From a virus (Duplodnaviria; Caudoviricetes): 60,008 bases of DNA. Positions 9,770 to 17,528 of this stretch are shown piece after piece. Location: positions 1 through 60,008 of the IMG/VR virus record IMGVR_UViG_3300021090_000002. One strand, given 5' to 3'. The translations under genes were made by a program, and so were the position numbers. The stretch's first letter is position 1. Every line of letters starts with the position of its first letter. Under the pieces are notes generated by a model that saw only the letters and a list, made by a program, of their open reading frames with translations, ran no database searches and was not told where the DNA came from.

Positions 9770-9952
9770 ATGACAGTTCGTGAAATCATCATCGCGTCTA
9801 TCCGGCGCGGGAAGAGCAACGCCGCAGCGCTCGCCGCCGTGAAGCGCAAGCATCCCTATTCCAAGATCACGCTGCCAACGATCAATTGGCATCGCAACCA
9901 ACTGCGCAGAACAGACCGCGCGATAAAAAACGACAGAAGTTGCCGCCCCTAA
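9770..9952 (+). CDS. Small basic putative DNA-binding protein
   Basis: Helical, basic; resembles the C-terminus of 10816..11349. Confidence 0.55.
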   Translation: MTVREIIIASIRRGKSNAAALAAVKRKHPYSKITLPTINWHRNQLRRTDRAIKNDRSCRP

Positions 9953-9968
9953 TCAGCTAACATTTCGC

Positions 9969-9997
9969 TTGACGCGTTTTTGAAAATCGCCTTATCT
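9969..9997 (+). promoter_or_regulatory. Sigma70-type promoter with operator-like palindrome
   Basis: TTGACG-N17-TTATCT; GTTTTTGAAAAT in spacer. Confidence 0.6.
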
Positions 9998-10026
9998 GTT
10001 TTCGATTTCAGAGTGCGATTTTATAA

Positions 10027-10353
10027 ATGATTTTGCTCCCGGTCGTCATCCGGGTACGTGACGAGTATCTAATCGTCCGGCCCGAAACGTCTCAAGCGCG
10101 CGTTGGCGGCAAGCCCGCGAGCGCGACGATTCTTCGGCCAATCAAGCCCAATACCAAGCGCGCGAACATCTTCGCTTGGTTCTGCGATTCGAAGAACTCC
10201 CGCAAAGTAGCTGACGCCTGCAAACACTTCCAAGTGTCGCGCCAAACCATATTCGCGCATTGGACTGTTCTCAATCGCGAGCATGGCATCGGCTACGCGC
10301 TCGATAGCGATTGCCTCACTCCAATTATCCCCGGTGAATATCATGGCGCTTGA
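10027..10353 (+). CDS. Putative HTH protein
   Basis: VADACKHFQVSRQTI HTH pattern; own promoter. Confidence 0.55.
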   Translation: MILLPVVIRVRDEYLIVRPETSQARVGGKPASATILRPIKPNTKRANIFAWFCDSKNSRKVADACKHFQVSRQTIFAHWTVLNREHGIGYALDSDCLTPIIPGEYHGA

Positions 10354-10840
10354 AAAATCTTTGTGGGGTTGGCTCGCGAAAGCGCGTCCCGTTCTAGCCG
10401 ATCGTCTGCATATGCAGCGTGTTGAAAACAGCATCGAAGGCGGCGCGGGCGACGTTGAAGGTTTCTACACGGAAGCAATGCCCGAGCTCGCGCCCGGCGG
10501 CGATTTTGTATCGTTCTGGCTTGAACTCAAATCGGAAGAGCGTCCGGCGCGGCCGTCAACACCCGTCCGTTTCGATCTGCGCAAACGGGAAAAGCAAATC
10601 GAATTTATGCGCAAGCGCTACGTCATGGGCGGCGCGGCCTATTGGCTTCTGCAAGTCGGATCGTATTCCGAACGAATGATCTATCTCGCGCCCGGTGATT
10701 ACGGGGCAGCGCTTGCGAAGGGTGTATGTGAGGGACAATTAGCGGCCTCTTGCTGCAACTATGGAATTTTCAACAAAAACAGTTTGCCCGCCGATGTTTT
10801 CAAGCAGGTTTTGAAATGTCACCTAAAGAGATACCGCTAG
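10343..10840 (+). CDS. VRR-NUC / Holliday junction resolvase-like PD-(D/E)XK nuclease
   Basis: E..LW, RVEN...G.GD, WLELK, Q..F...GG. Confidence 0.75.
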   Translation: MALEKSLWGWLAKARPVLADRLHMQRVENSIEGGAGDVEGFYTEAMPELAPGGDFVSFWLELKSEERPARPSTPVRFDLRKREKQIEFMRKRYVMGGAAYWLLQVGSYSERMIYLAPGDYGAALAKGVCEGQLAASCCNYGIFNKNSLPADVFKQVLKCHLKRYR

Positions 10841-11349
10841 CGTTGCAGTCGATTCTGCAACTGCTCGAAACGCACAATGCCTTAGCGCTTGAGCGTGGCG
10901 AAGCGCAGTTGAAATCGTGGCACGCTTCGCATTGTACGTTGGCGCAACGCGTTGCGATTCTGCGTACGCGATCGATAGTGATCGGGCAACAGGCCCAAGG
11001 CGTGGCGGACACAAGCCTGACGCACGCGCGGGTGAAACGCAACATGCCAATCCGGCGCGCGATGCTCGCCGCTCTTTCCTACATCGATCATTACGAAGTT
11101 GCCGCGACGGGCAAGGCGTTGAGCAAGCGCGCTGCTAAGCGTCACGATCGGCGCACGCTGCTTTCGGTTGGCTTGCCGTACAGCGAAGTCATTACCCGGA
11201 TCAAGCAAAAGGTTCCGAACGCGCGAACGACGCCGCTTGCGCTTCGTGTAGCCGCCGCCGCGATCCGCGAAGGGCAACCCGGCTTTGAAACCACTCTGCC
11301 GCAGAAGCGGCCTCACGCAGCGAAAGGGCGAACCAAATGCAAGACGTGA
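10816..11349 (+). CDS. Hypothetical basic protein
   Basis: ORF overlapping neighbours. Confidence 0.55.
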   Translation: MSPKEIPLALQSILQLLETHNALALERGEAQLKSWHASHCTLAQRVAILRTRSIVIGQQAQGVADTSLTHARVKRNMPIRRAMLAALSYIDHYEVAATGKALSKRAAKRHDRRTLLSVGLPYSEVITRIKQKVPNARTTPLALRVAAAAIREGQPGFETTLPQKRPHAAKGRTKCKT

Positions 11350-11744
11350 AACCATGCGGCACACCACAGCAATACGGCGACTCAATGGTGTGTGAAAATT
11401 GCGGAAGGCGCTGGGATTTGGACGAACCCAAACCGCCCTGCCCCATCCCGGCTGTTGACGATGGCGCGATGACTCACGAACAGCTAGGCCCCGGATCGAA
11501 AATGAATCGCGGTCTTCGCGCGCTCGATATCTCGCTATGTGCGATTTCGCCCCATCCGCATTTGCAGCTAGGTGTCGCGATTATGCTTTGCGTTCTTGCC
11601 GCTGGTCGCGTGCTGGACTCGCACGCCCCGGAGCGCGGCAAGCGGATGAAGCTGATCAAGACCATGATTGGCGAATTCGACTCGAAGCTCCGAACCTATG
11701 TCCGGATGCAGATCGAAAAGGGACAATCCGAATCAACAGGTTAA
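11337..11744 (+). CDS. Hypothetical protein with N-terminal Zn-ribbon-like Cys motif
   Basis: C..QQYGDSMVCENCG.RWD....PPC. Confidence 0.6.
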   Translation: MQDVKPCGTPQQYGDSMVCENCGRRWDLDEPKPPCPIPAVDDGAMTHEQLGPGSKMNRGLRALDISLCAISPHPHLQLGVAIMLCVLAAGRVLDSHAPERGKRMKLIKTMIGEFDSKLRTYVRMQIEKGQSESTG

Positions 11745-11756
11745 CCGCCTGTTAAC
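11741..11756 (+). promoter_or_regulatory. CtrA-type box
   Basis: Exact TTAA-N7-TTAAC 19 bp upstream of a -35. Confidence 0.65.
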
Positions 11757-11774
11757 CGCCCCTCCTTTTGGATT

Positions 11775-11803
11775 TTGACTCCTGTTTTCGAAAACGCTAT
11801 GTT
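11775..11803 (+). promoter_or_regulatory. Sigma70 promoter with perfect palindromic operator
   Basis: TTGACT-N17-TATGTT; GTTTTCGAAAAC at 11784-11795. Confidence 0.75.
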
Positions 11804-11835
11804 GCCTTTCGTAAATCAGACAGTCAGAATTCAAA

Positions 11836-11991
11836 ATGTGGCAAGACGATATCACCATAGAGCTAGCCCGAGTCACGCGTGAGGCATATGCAGCCATTCA
11901 CGCCAAGATGGCGGCGCAACAGTTGGGTGAAGCGTTTTGCGATCTGCCTGTTGAGACAGTAGAGGAAGACGACTATGCGCAAGCCGCGTGA
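11836..11991 (+). CDS. Small acidic hypothetical protein
   Basis: First ORF after the promoter (MWQDDITIEL). Confidence 0.45.
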   Translation: MWQDDITIELARVTREAYAAIHAKMAAQQLGEAFCDLPVETVEEDDYAQAA

Positions 11992-12316
11992 TTTCGTAAC
12001 AATATCCGTCATCATTCTTGCACAGTTGCTTGCCGTCGCCGGGACGAAGGTAGCGCGCGGCGATACGATCGCGACGGATTGCCAGCGATCGGCCGGGCGG
12101 CTGTCGTGTGTAACGACGTTGATCCCTTCCATGAGCAACAGCGCGCGGACCATTCCGGTTCGGCGCGATTTCCTTAGCGCCGACGAAGTAGCCGCCAAGG
12201 CCGAACGCGTCCGGGTCTGGGAAGTGTTCTGCAAGCCCGTTGCCGCCGTCGATTCCTTGGGCGTTTCGCGCTACACCTACGCACATCCCGGTTGCGAACA
12301 TGGGCGGACACAATGA
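11975..12316 (+). CDS. Putative exported protein
   Basis: Signal-like N-terminus, four Cys. Confidence 0.6.
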   Translation: MRKPRDFVTISVIILAQLLAVAGTKVARGDTIATDCQRSAGRLSCVTTLIPSMSNSARTIPVRRDFLSADEVAAKAERVRVWEVFCKPVAAVDSLGVSRYTYAHPGCEHGRTQ

Positions 12317-12546
12317 ACGCCGCGCGACGCAAGGCCATTGAAGCCGCTGTTGCCAAGCTCGAAGAGGCCAAGGGCGAATTGGAAACGCTCAAGGACGAAG
12401 AGCAAGATTATTTTGACAACATGCCTGAGTCGTTTCAGCAAGGCGACAAGGGCACGAAGGCCGAAGAGGCTGTTAGCAATCTTGAAGACGCGATCAACGA
12501 AATCGATTCCGCGATTGCGAGCGCACAGAACGCGGCGGAAGGGTAG
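12313..12546 (+). CDS. Conserved helical phage hypothetical protein
   Basis: MNAARRK...EEQDYFDNMPESFQ.G.KG pattern. Confidence 0.7.
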   Translation: MNAARRKAIEAAVAKLEEAKGELETLKDEEQDYFDNMPESFQQGDKGTKAEEAVSNLEDAINEIDSAIASAQNAAEG

Positions 12547-12550
12547 AGAC

Positions 12551-13117
12551 ATGACCCACGAAATCGAGCTTCGCCGGATCGTACCAAACCAAACGCGCAA
12601 GTATGTCACGCGCGGCGCGCGTGCGATCTTCGTTGGTGGCGAGCGATGGGGCGAACTTGTCCCCGAGCCGAACGGGACGCACGGCACGCACTATTCATTC
12701 ACGGACGCGCACGGTTCGCCCGTTGAACATAACGCGTGGAAATCGCGCGGCCGTAAGTCATGGGATCGTCGCCCCATCCGCGTGAAGTCCGACAAATCCG
12801 AAAAACGAGGCCACGCATTTAACGATCCCGTCAAGCCCGTCATGGTGCGCGTTGTTGAACGGATCGCGCAAGCCATCAAGGACGGCGATCTGAAAAGCCC
12901 GGCCGATTTGAAGCGCGATTCAGAAGCGGCGAACAAGCTTTTCCGTGAAATCCGGGAACAAGCCGCCGACGCCGATCAAGCGGCGTTCAATGCCAAGGCC
13001 GATGAAGTTCTTGCCGCGTTTGTGACAAGTCCTATTCGAATGTGCGAAGACCTGCCGGGTTCAGATCAAATGCGCGCGTTGGTAGTCGCGGCGCTGCGAT
13101 GGGCACAGACGCAATGA
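12551..13117 (+). CDS. Hypothetical protein
   Basis: ORF in operon. Confidence 0.6.
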   Translation: MTHEIELRRIVPNQTRKYVTRGARAIFVGGERWGELVPEPNGTHGTHYSFTDAHGSPVEHNAWKSRGRKSWDRRPIRVKSDKSEKRGHAFNDPVKPVMVRVVERIAQAIKDGDLKSPADLKRDSEAANKLFREIREQAADADQAAFNAKADEVLAAFVTSPIRMCEDLPGSDQMRALVVAALRWAQTQ

Positions 13118-13344
13118 TGATCCGTTCAACATCCATCCACATGCACGCGCCCGGTCTTTACCGCGTTGGCGTCGGCGGATGGATTGAGCGGCGTTCCAAG
13201 AATGGCAGACGGTGCCTATGGGAAATCACCGTTCCCGGCTTCGGCGGCGCGAATATTCACGAAAGCTTTGATGCCTGCCAAGCCGCCTTGATCGTCGCGG
13301 GCGTGATAGCCGCCGACGTGCAAAAGAAAAGGCTTCCGCGATGA
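13114..13344 (+). CDS. Hypothetical protein
   Basis: ATGA overlaps at both ends. Confidence 0.55.
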   Translation: MMIRSTSIHMHAPGLYRVGVGGWIERRSKNGRRCLWEITVPGFGGANIHESFDACQAALIVAGVIAADVQKKRLPR

Positions 13345-13637
13345 CAACGCCGGTACACCGCAACACGGCTAACGAATACTTCGAAGCGATTCGCGTAGCG
13401 ATCCCGGCCGATGCAGTCGCCGTGCATATCTATTGTCGGTCTTCTGTGCATTGGACGGACAATAAAAAACGCGCTGAAGAAATCAGCTTCGCATTCCATC
13501 GCAACGTTGATGTTGCCTCGCGGGCGTTTCAGTCGGCCGCACAAACCAATGTGTATGATTGGGGTGTGCTGTTCTTTCGTGCGCCGGATCACGTACCGGC
13601 GGTTAGCGGTTGGCATATGTGGGACACCTTCACGTGA
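13341..13637 (+). CDS. Hypothetical protein
   Basis: Coupled by overlaps. Confidence 0.5.
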   Translation: MTTPVHRNTANEYFEAIRVAIPADAVAVHIYCRSSVHWTDNKKRAEEISFAFHRNVDVASRAFQSAAQTNVYDWGVLFFRAPDHVPAVSGWHMWDTFT

Positions 13638-13861
13638 GCGATTTCGAAGGGCAACCGTATTTCACCGCGCGGGATATCCGGGCGCGCTTCGGCGTGAAGG
13701 GTAAGAATTGGATCAAGACCAAGATCGCGAGCGCTGGATTCCCTTCGCCGAAGACCCGCTTCGGAAGCTCGCGCAATTTCTGGCTTGCGTCCGATGTGCT
13801 GGAATGGGAACGTGTGATGATCGCCAAAGGTATCGAGGCGACGAAGAGGCCGGGCAAATGA
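13634..13861 (+). CDS. AlpA-like excisionase / DNA-binding protein
   Basis: DIRARFGV, GFPSP..FG....W....V.EW; near int and attP. Confidence 0.75.
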   Translation: MSDFEGQPYFTARDIRARFGVKGKNWIKTKIASAGFPSPKTRFGSSRNFWLASDVLEWERVMIAKGIEATKRPGK

Positions 13862-14292
13862 CCCGCTATCCTACCTTGACGAAACCGCAGCGCGCAATTC
13901 TGCAATTCATCGCGGACGGTCACGCGACATATCTCAAATATTTCGGCGGATCGCCCGGCAAGGAAGACATGCGCGATCCAGCGCGCGGATTCTATTGGGC
14001 GCAATACGATCGTACGCAAACAGCGCCGCCGTGCGACGGTCGCGCAATCAACGGTCTGATTAAGCGCGAATTGCTGCGGCCGGAAGATGACGGCGATTAT
14101 GCAATCACGGACGCCGGGCGCATTGCCCTTGGTCAAACTGTGATCGCCGAAACTAAATACCAATGGTTTGACGCGAACGATGATCCGATACCCGGTGCCA
14201 CCGGGCCAACGCTTGATACTATGAGCGGAAAAGAAACTTGCCGCATTACCATCAAGCGAACGTTAGTTGAGGCCCGGCGCGTTCGCGGCTAG
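13858..14292 (+). CDS. Hypothetical protein (winged-helix-like N-terminus)
   Basis: LTKPQRAIL...LIKRELL...ITDAGR pattern. Confidence 0.55.
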   Translation: MTRYPTLTKPQRAILQFIADGHATYLKYFGGSPGKEDMRDPARGFYWAQYDRTQTAPPCDGRAINGLIKRELLRPEDDGDYAITDAGRIALGQTVIAETKYQWFDANDDPIPGATGPTLDTMSGKETCRITIKRTLVEARRVRG

Positions 14293-14295
14293 GCT
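14256..14295 (+). promoter_or_regulatory. Motif promoter facing a non-coding structured region and attP
   Basis: GCGAACGTTAGTTGA; TTGAGG-N17-TAGGCT. Confidence 0.6.
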
Positions 14296-14301
14296 ACTCG
14301 G

Positions 14302-14520
14302 ATTCCTGACTACCGGCGCGGCGGATGGAAGCTAGACAACACCCCGCAGCGCAGACGGCCGATGGAATGGGCCGGGGATTAAGAAGCGGTATCGGTCTAG
14401 CCCGCTTCCGACTCCGGCCCGCCCAATCCCTTCAATCCCAAGATCAAGGCACGCAGCGGGCCGCGCTTGTGCGTTATTCCCGGCCGGACGCACTTTGCAC
14501 CCGGCGCGATCGGGACGCCT
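14302..14520 (+). ncRNA. Candidate structured ncRNA or int leader
   Basis: Nested stems 14369-77/14412-20 and 14383-89/14402-08; loop complementary to 14331-37. Confidence 0.4.
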
Positions 14521-14552
14521 GTACGGCCCTCTAATCGAGCCGCCCCGTTTGG

Positions 14553-14571
14553 TGTTACCCCGGCGCTACCC
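14553..14571 (+). repeat. Integrase arm-type site (second copy at 14786-14804)
   Basis: TGTTACCCCGGCG(C/T)TACCC direct repeat, 18/19 identical, flanking the att core. Confidence 0.75.
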
Positions 14572-14610
14572 GCCGCTTGTTTTGCCGGTTCGTTGGGGAG
14601 CTAAGTGCTT

Positions 14611-14653
14611 GAGCGGGTGAAGGGAATCGAACCCTCGTATTCAGCTTGGAAGG
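14611..14653 (-). mobile_element. attP core: 3' half of tRNA-Gly(TCC)
   Basis: Minus strand CCTTCCAAGCTGAATACGAGGGTTCGATTCCCTTCACCCGCTC gives anticodon loop, T arm and acceptor strand; adjacent to integrase. Confidence 0.92.
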
Positions 14654-14804
14654 TCCGTACCTGCCTTCCCGCCCGGTCCCGCCCCTTCCCGCCTTTGGCC
14701 TGTTTTCCGTTTACCTTTCAAGGATATGATGCCAATAAGGGAACAATCGGGACGTTAGGGGATACCACTCCAAACCCCCGGAATCTGTTACCCCGGCGTT
14801 ACCC

Positions 14805-16016
14805 ATGACAGTCTTGACGAAAATCAGCGTCGATAGCCTCAAGCCGCGCGCCGATCGCTTCGAAGTGCCAGACGGCCGCGTGCGGGGCCTCTACATCGTC
14901 GTTCAGCCGTCCGGGGCGAAGAGTTGGGCGGCGCGCTACAGGCACCACGGGCGCGCTCGCAAGCTCACGCTAGGCCCTTTCCCGACGTTAGGTCTAGAGC
15001 AAGCGCGGAAGCTCGCGGGCGACGCCATGTCCAACGTAGCGGCCGGGCGCGATCCGGCTGGGGAGAAGGTCAAGGCGCGCGAAGCCGCCCGATCGGATCA
15101 ACTGTTCGGCGTGCTGTACGATCGCTATTTCAACGAACACGTTGCGCAGACCTTCAAGCCAAGTTCCATTCGACTCTGCAAGGATATCTTCGGCCGTCTC
15201 ATTCTGCCGAAGCTGAAACGGATTCGCCTATCCGAAGTCACGGCTCAAGATTGCAAGGCGTGCTGGCGCGCTCCCGTGCGCAAAGGCCACCGGACGACGG
15301 CAAACAAGGTACACAAGCATTTGCGGCAGTTCTTTAACTGGCTGAACGCCGAACTGATTACGCAGATCAACCCTATGGAAAAGGTTCGCAAACCGGCCGA
15401 AGACAAGAGCCGCGACCGCAAGCTGACCGATCAAGAAATCATTTGGTTTTGGTGTGCGTGCGAGGAAATCGGATACCCCTTCGGTCCTGCGTTCCAACTG
15501 TTGCTGTTGACCGGCGGACGGCGCGGCGAAGTCCAAGGCATGACCGATCGCGAGATTGATTGGCCCGGCGACGTTTGGTTGATCCCCGGCGCGCGGACAA
15601 AGAACGGGATCGAACATACGGTTTATATGTCCGACTTGATGCAACAGATTCTTAGCGCGTTGCCTGTGATCGGCCGGGGCAAAAACTGGCGATATCTCTT
15701 CACCACATCGGGCACCAAACCGGCGAGCGGATTCGCCAACGGCAAGGCGCGGCTTGATCGGATCATGAAGCGGCTCGCGGGCGACGTGCCTATACCGCCT
15801 TGGGTTGTTCACGATCTGCGGCGATCGTTCGCCAGCGGTTGCAGCCGTCTGACGCCGCGTGTTCCGCTCGAAGTTGTTGAGCGCTGCTTAAATCATGTAT
15901 CGGGCAGCTATGGCGGGATCGTCGGCGTCTATCAGTTGGAACACTTAGCGCCGGAAAAGAAAGAGGCGTTCCAGCGTTGGGCGGATCATGTTAAAAGTTT
16001 AGTTAGCGAACATTGA
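14805..16016 (+). CDS. int: Tyrosine integrase (P4-like, N-terminal arm-binding domain)
   Basis: GLYIVVQPSGAKSW; TGGRRGE, RTKN, HDLRR, LNH and catalytic Y. Confidence 0.95.
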   Translation: MTVLTKISVDSLKPRADRFEVPDGRVRGLYIVVQPSGAKSWAARYRHHGRARKLTLGPFPTLGLEQARKLAGDAMSNVAAGRDPAGEKVKAREAARSDQLFGVLYDRYFNEHVAQTFKPSSIRLCKDIFGRLILPKLKRIRLSEVTAQDCKACWRAPVRKGHRTTANKVHKHLRQFFNWLNAELITQINPMEKVRKPAEDKSRDRKLTDQEIIWFWCACEEIGYPFGPAFQLLLLTGGRRGEVQGMTDREIDWPGDVWLIPGARTKNGIEHTVYMSDLMQQILSALPVIGRGKNWRYLFTTSGTKPASGFANGKARLDRIMKRLAGDVPIPPWVVHDLRRSFASGCSRLTPRVPLEVVERCLNHVSGSYGGIVGVYQLEHLAPEKKEAFQRWADHVKSLVSEH

Positions 16017-16245
16017 AGTCCGACGAACATTCGAACCGATCTGTAACCGGGTTCATACGGCATTTCGATTCAGACGTGCTGACCGTGCTGCCCACCTTCG
16101 ACTCATAGCTGCATTTAGTTTCGCCGAAGTGATCCGTCTTGCAGCCGCCGGAACTCGTAAGCCAAGGCTCTTTGCCCGTTTTCGGATCGCCGAACGCGTA
16201 CGCGATCACAATGATTCCCAACACGATGAAAAGAAACTTTTTCAT
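16003..16245 (-). CDS. Small exported/membrane-anchored Cys protein (moron-like)
   Basis: MKK plus hydrophobic signal, four Cys; own CtrA-like promoter. Confidence 0.65.
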   Translation of the reverse strand: MKKFLFIVLGIIVIAYAFGDPKTGKEPWLTSSGGCKTDHFGETKCSYESKVGSTVSTSESKCRMNPVTDRFECSSDFNVR

Positions 16246-16269
16246 AGCTCGCCTCGCGGGTAGGCAATC

Positions 16270-16301
16270 AACCTACGCGCGAACCGTTAATGAGGCGTTA
16301 C
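16270..16301 (-). promoter_or_regulatory. CtrA-like promoter
   Basis: Minus strand GTAA-N7-TTAAC-N10-TAGGTT. Confidence 0.5.
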
Positions 16302-16591
16302 CGAAACCATTTCATCGCACACCACGTACCGGTGAACGCGCCAAGCGCGGCCGGGATCAACATATATGGATCGTGCGTGTAGCTGATCGCCGCTGTACCG
16401 CTCAACAGTATGAGCAAGGACGCGTACGCGCCCGCCCCTATAGCGTTCGCCCGGCCGATGGCGCGGGTATAGCCAACCCAAACGAAATCGAGTGCGAAGA
16501 GCGCGGCGAACGTGATCGCGATCACGTTAAAATATCCAATAGGCTTTGCGCTCGATTGTCCCGGCGAACGGCCGAACCTTCGCGCGTTCAT
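16298..16591 (-). CDS. Small multi-pass membrane protein
   Basis: Three hydrophobic segments; start uncertain. Confidence 0.6.
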   Translation of the reverse strand: MNARRFGRSPGQSSAKPIGYFNVIAITFAALFALDFVWVGYTRAIGRANAIGAGAYASLLILLSGTAAISYTHDPYMLIPAALGAFTGTWCAMKWFR

Positions 16592-17039
16592 TGATCGCCC
16601 CGGCCGCTAGATAATCCTTCCCTTCAAACCAATCATCACAGACAAGAACGCCGCCGGGGAGCATGCGGCCCCAAAGCCAATCCAGCGCGGCTACAGTCGG
16701 CGTGTAGTGATCCAGATCGACATGAGCGAATGCGTATGGCCGGGCAAGCAACGTTTCCTGTAGCACGTCCGGAACCCATCCCTTGACCAAGCGAATTTTT
16801 GGGTTCGGAAACTTCGCGGCGATCTTTGCCAGCGGTTCGCGCAACCGCCCGCGCGGATAGGGGTTGCGTCCGTCCGGCATGATATCGCGCGGCGTCGGAT
16901 CGCCCATCCCCTCGAAAGAATCGACTCCGAAGGTCAAACCCGGATGCGCGGCGATGAACCGCAAAGAATCGCCCCGGCAAACACCAAGCTCGATACGATC
17001 CCCGGCCGGGGCCAGCGCGATTAGATCGTGAAAATTCAT
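16527..17039 (-). CDS. TylF/MycF-type O-methyltransferase
   Basis: ELGV.RG.S, DSFEG, VKGW, HVDLDHY, PGGVLVCDD. Confidence 0.85.
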   Translation of the reverse strand: MNFHDLIALAPAGDRIELGVCRGDSLRFIAAHPGLTFGVDSFEGMGDPTPRDIMPDGRNPYPRGRLREPLAKIAAKFPNPKIRLVKGWVPDVLQETLLARPYAFAHVDLDHYTPTVAALDWLWGRMLPGGVLVCDDWFEGKDYLAAGAINERAKVRPFAGTIERKAYWIF

Positions 17040-17317
17040 GACTCAGACCACACATTGCGGACGCCGTACCATCGGCATTTGTAGCAATAGACGGCCATGT
17101 GAATCGCGCCCTCTATGAGCCAAGCGACGATGACTATCACGACGGCGAGGCAGCGCAACAGGAAGGCGATCGGCCACGCGAGCAGGTACGGCTTGCGAAT
17201 GCGATCCGGCCAATCGCGTGAGTTACTGAAAAGCGCAAGCGCCATCCGTTCCAACACGCTCATGGGACGGCCCAAGAATTCAGCTTCAAGCTCTTTTTGT
17301 TTGGCGTCCTTATCCAT
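17036..17317 (-). CDS. Hypothetical membrane protein
   Basis: SD GGAG; hydrophobic core. Confidence 0.55.
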   Translation of the reverse strand: MDKDAKQKELEAEFLGRPMSVLERMALALFSNSRDWPDRIRKPYLLAWPIAFLLRCLAVVIVIVAWLIEGAIHMAVYCYKCRWYGVRNVWSES

Positions 17318-17327
17318 ATGCAGACTC

Positions 17328-17528
17328 CTACCCTAGCAGCGAATATGCCATGTCAAGATGCTCGTCCCGTTCGGCTTCAGTCTTCCATGTCCGGCTGCAA
17401 TGCGCCGGGTTGCAATAAAAGCGGCGCTTGTGAATGCGCGTGAAATCATCCGGGCAACAGCGTGTGCGCTTGTAATATTCAGGCGGGCTTTCGCCGCGTC
17501 GGCATTTTGGCTTTTCGAAGAATGTCAT
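17328..17528 (-). CDS. Small Cys/His protein (C2H2-like)
   Basis: FYCNPAHCSRTW......H. Confidence 0.5.
   Translation of the reverse strand: MTFFEKPKCRRGESPPEYYKRTRCCPDDFTRIHKRRFYCNPAHCSRTWKTEAERDEHLDMAYSLLG

Noticed and set aside
14611-14653. Functional phage tRNA gene
   Set aside because: The 5' half (acceptor 5' strand and D arm) is absent.
14605-14808. ORF MLERVKGIEPSYSAWK
   Set aside because: Translation of the antisense tRNA fragment, a common false call.
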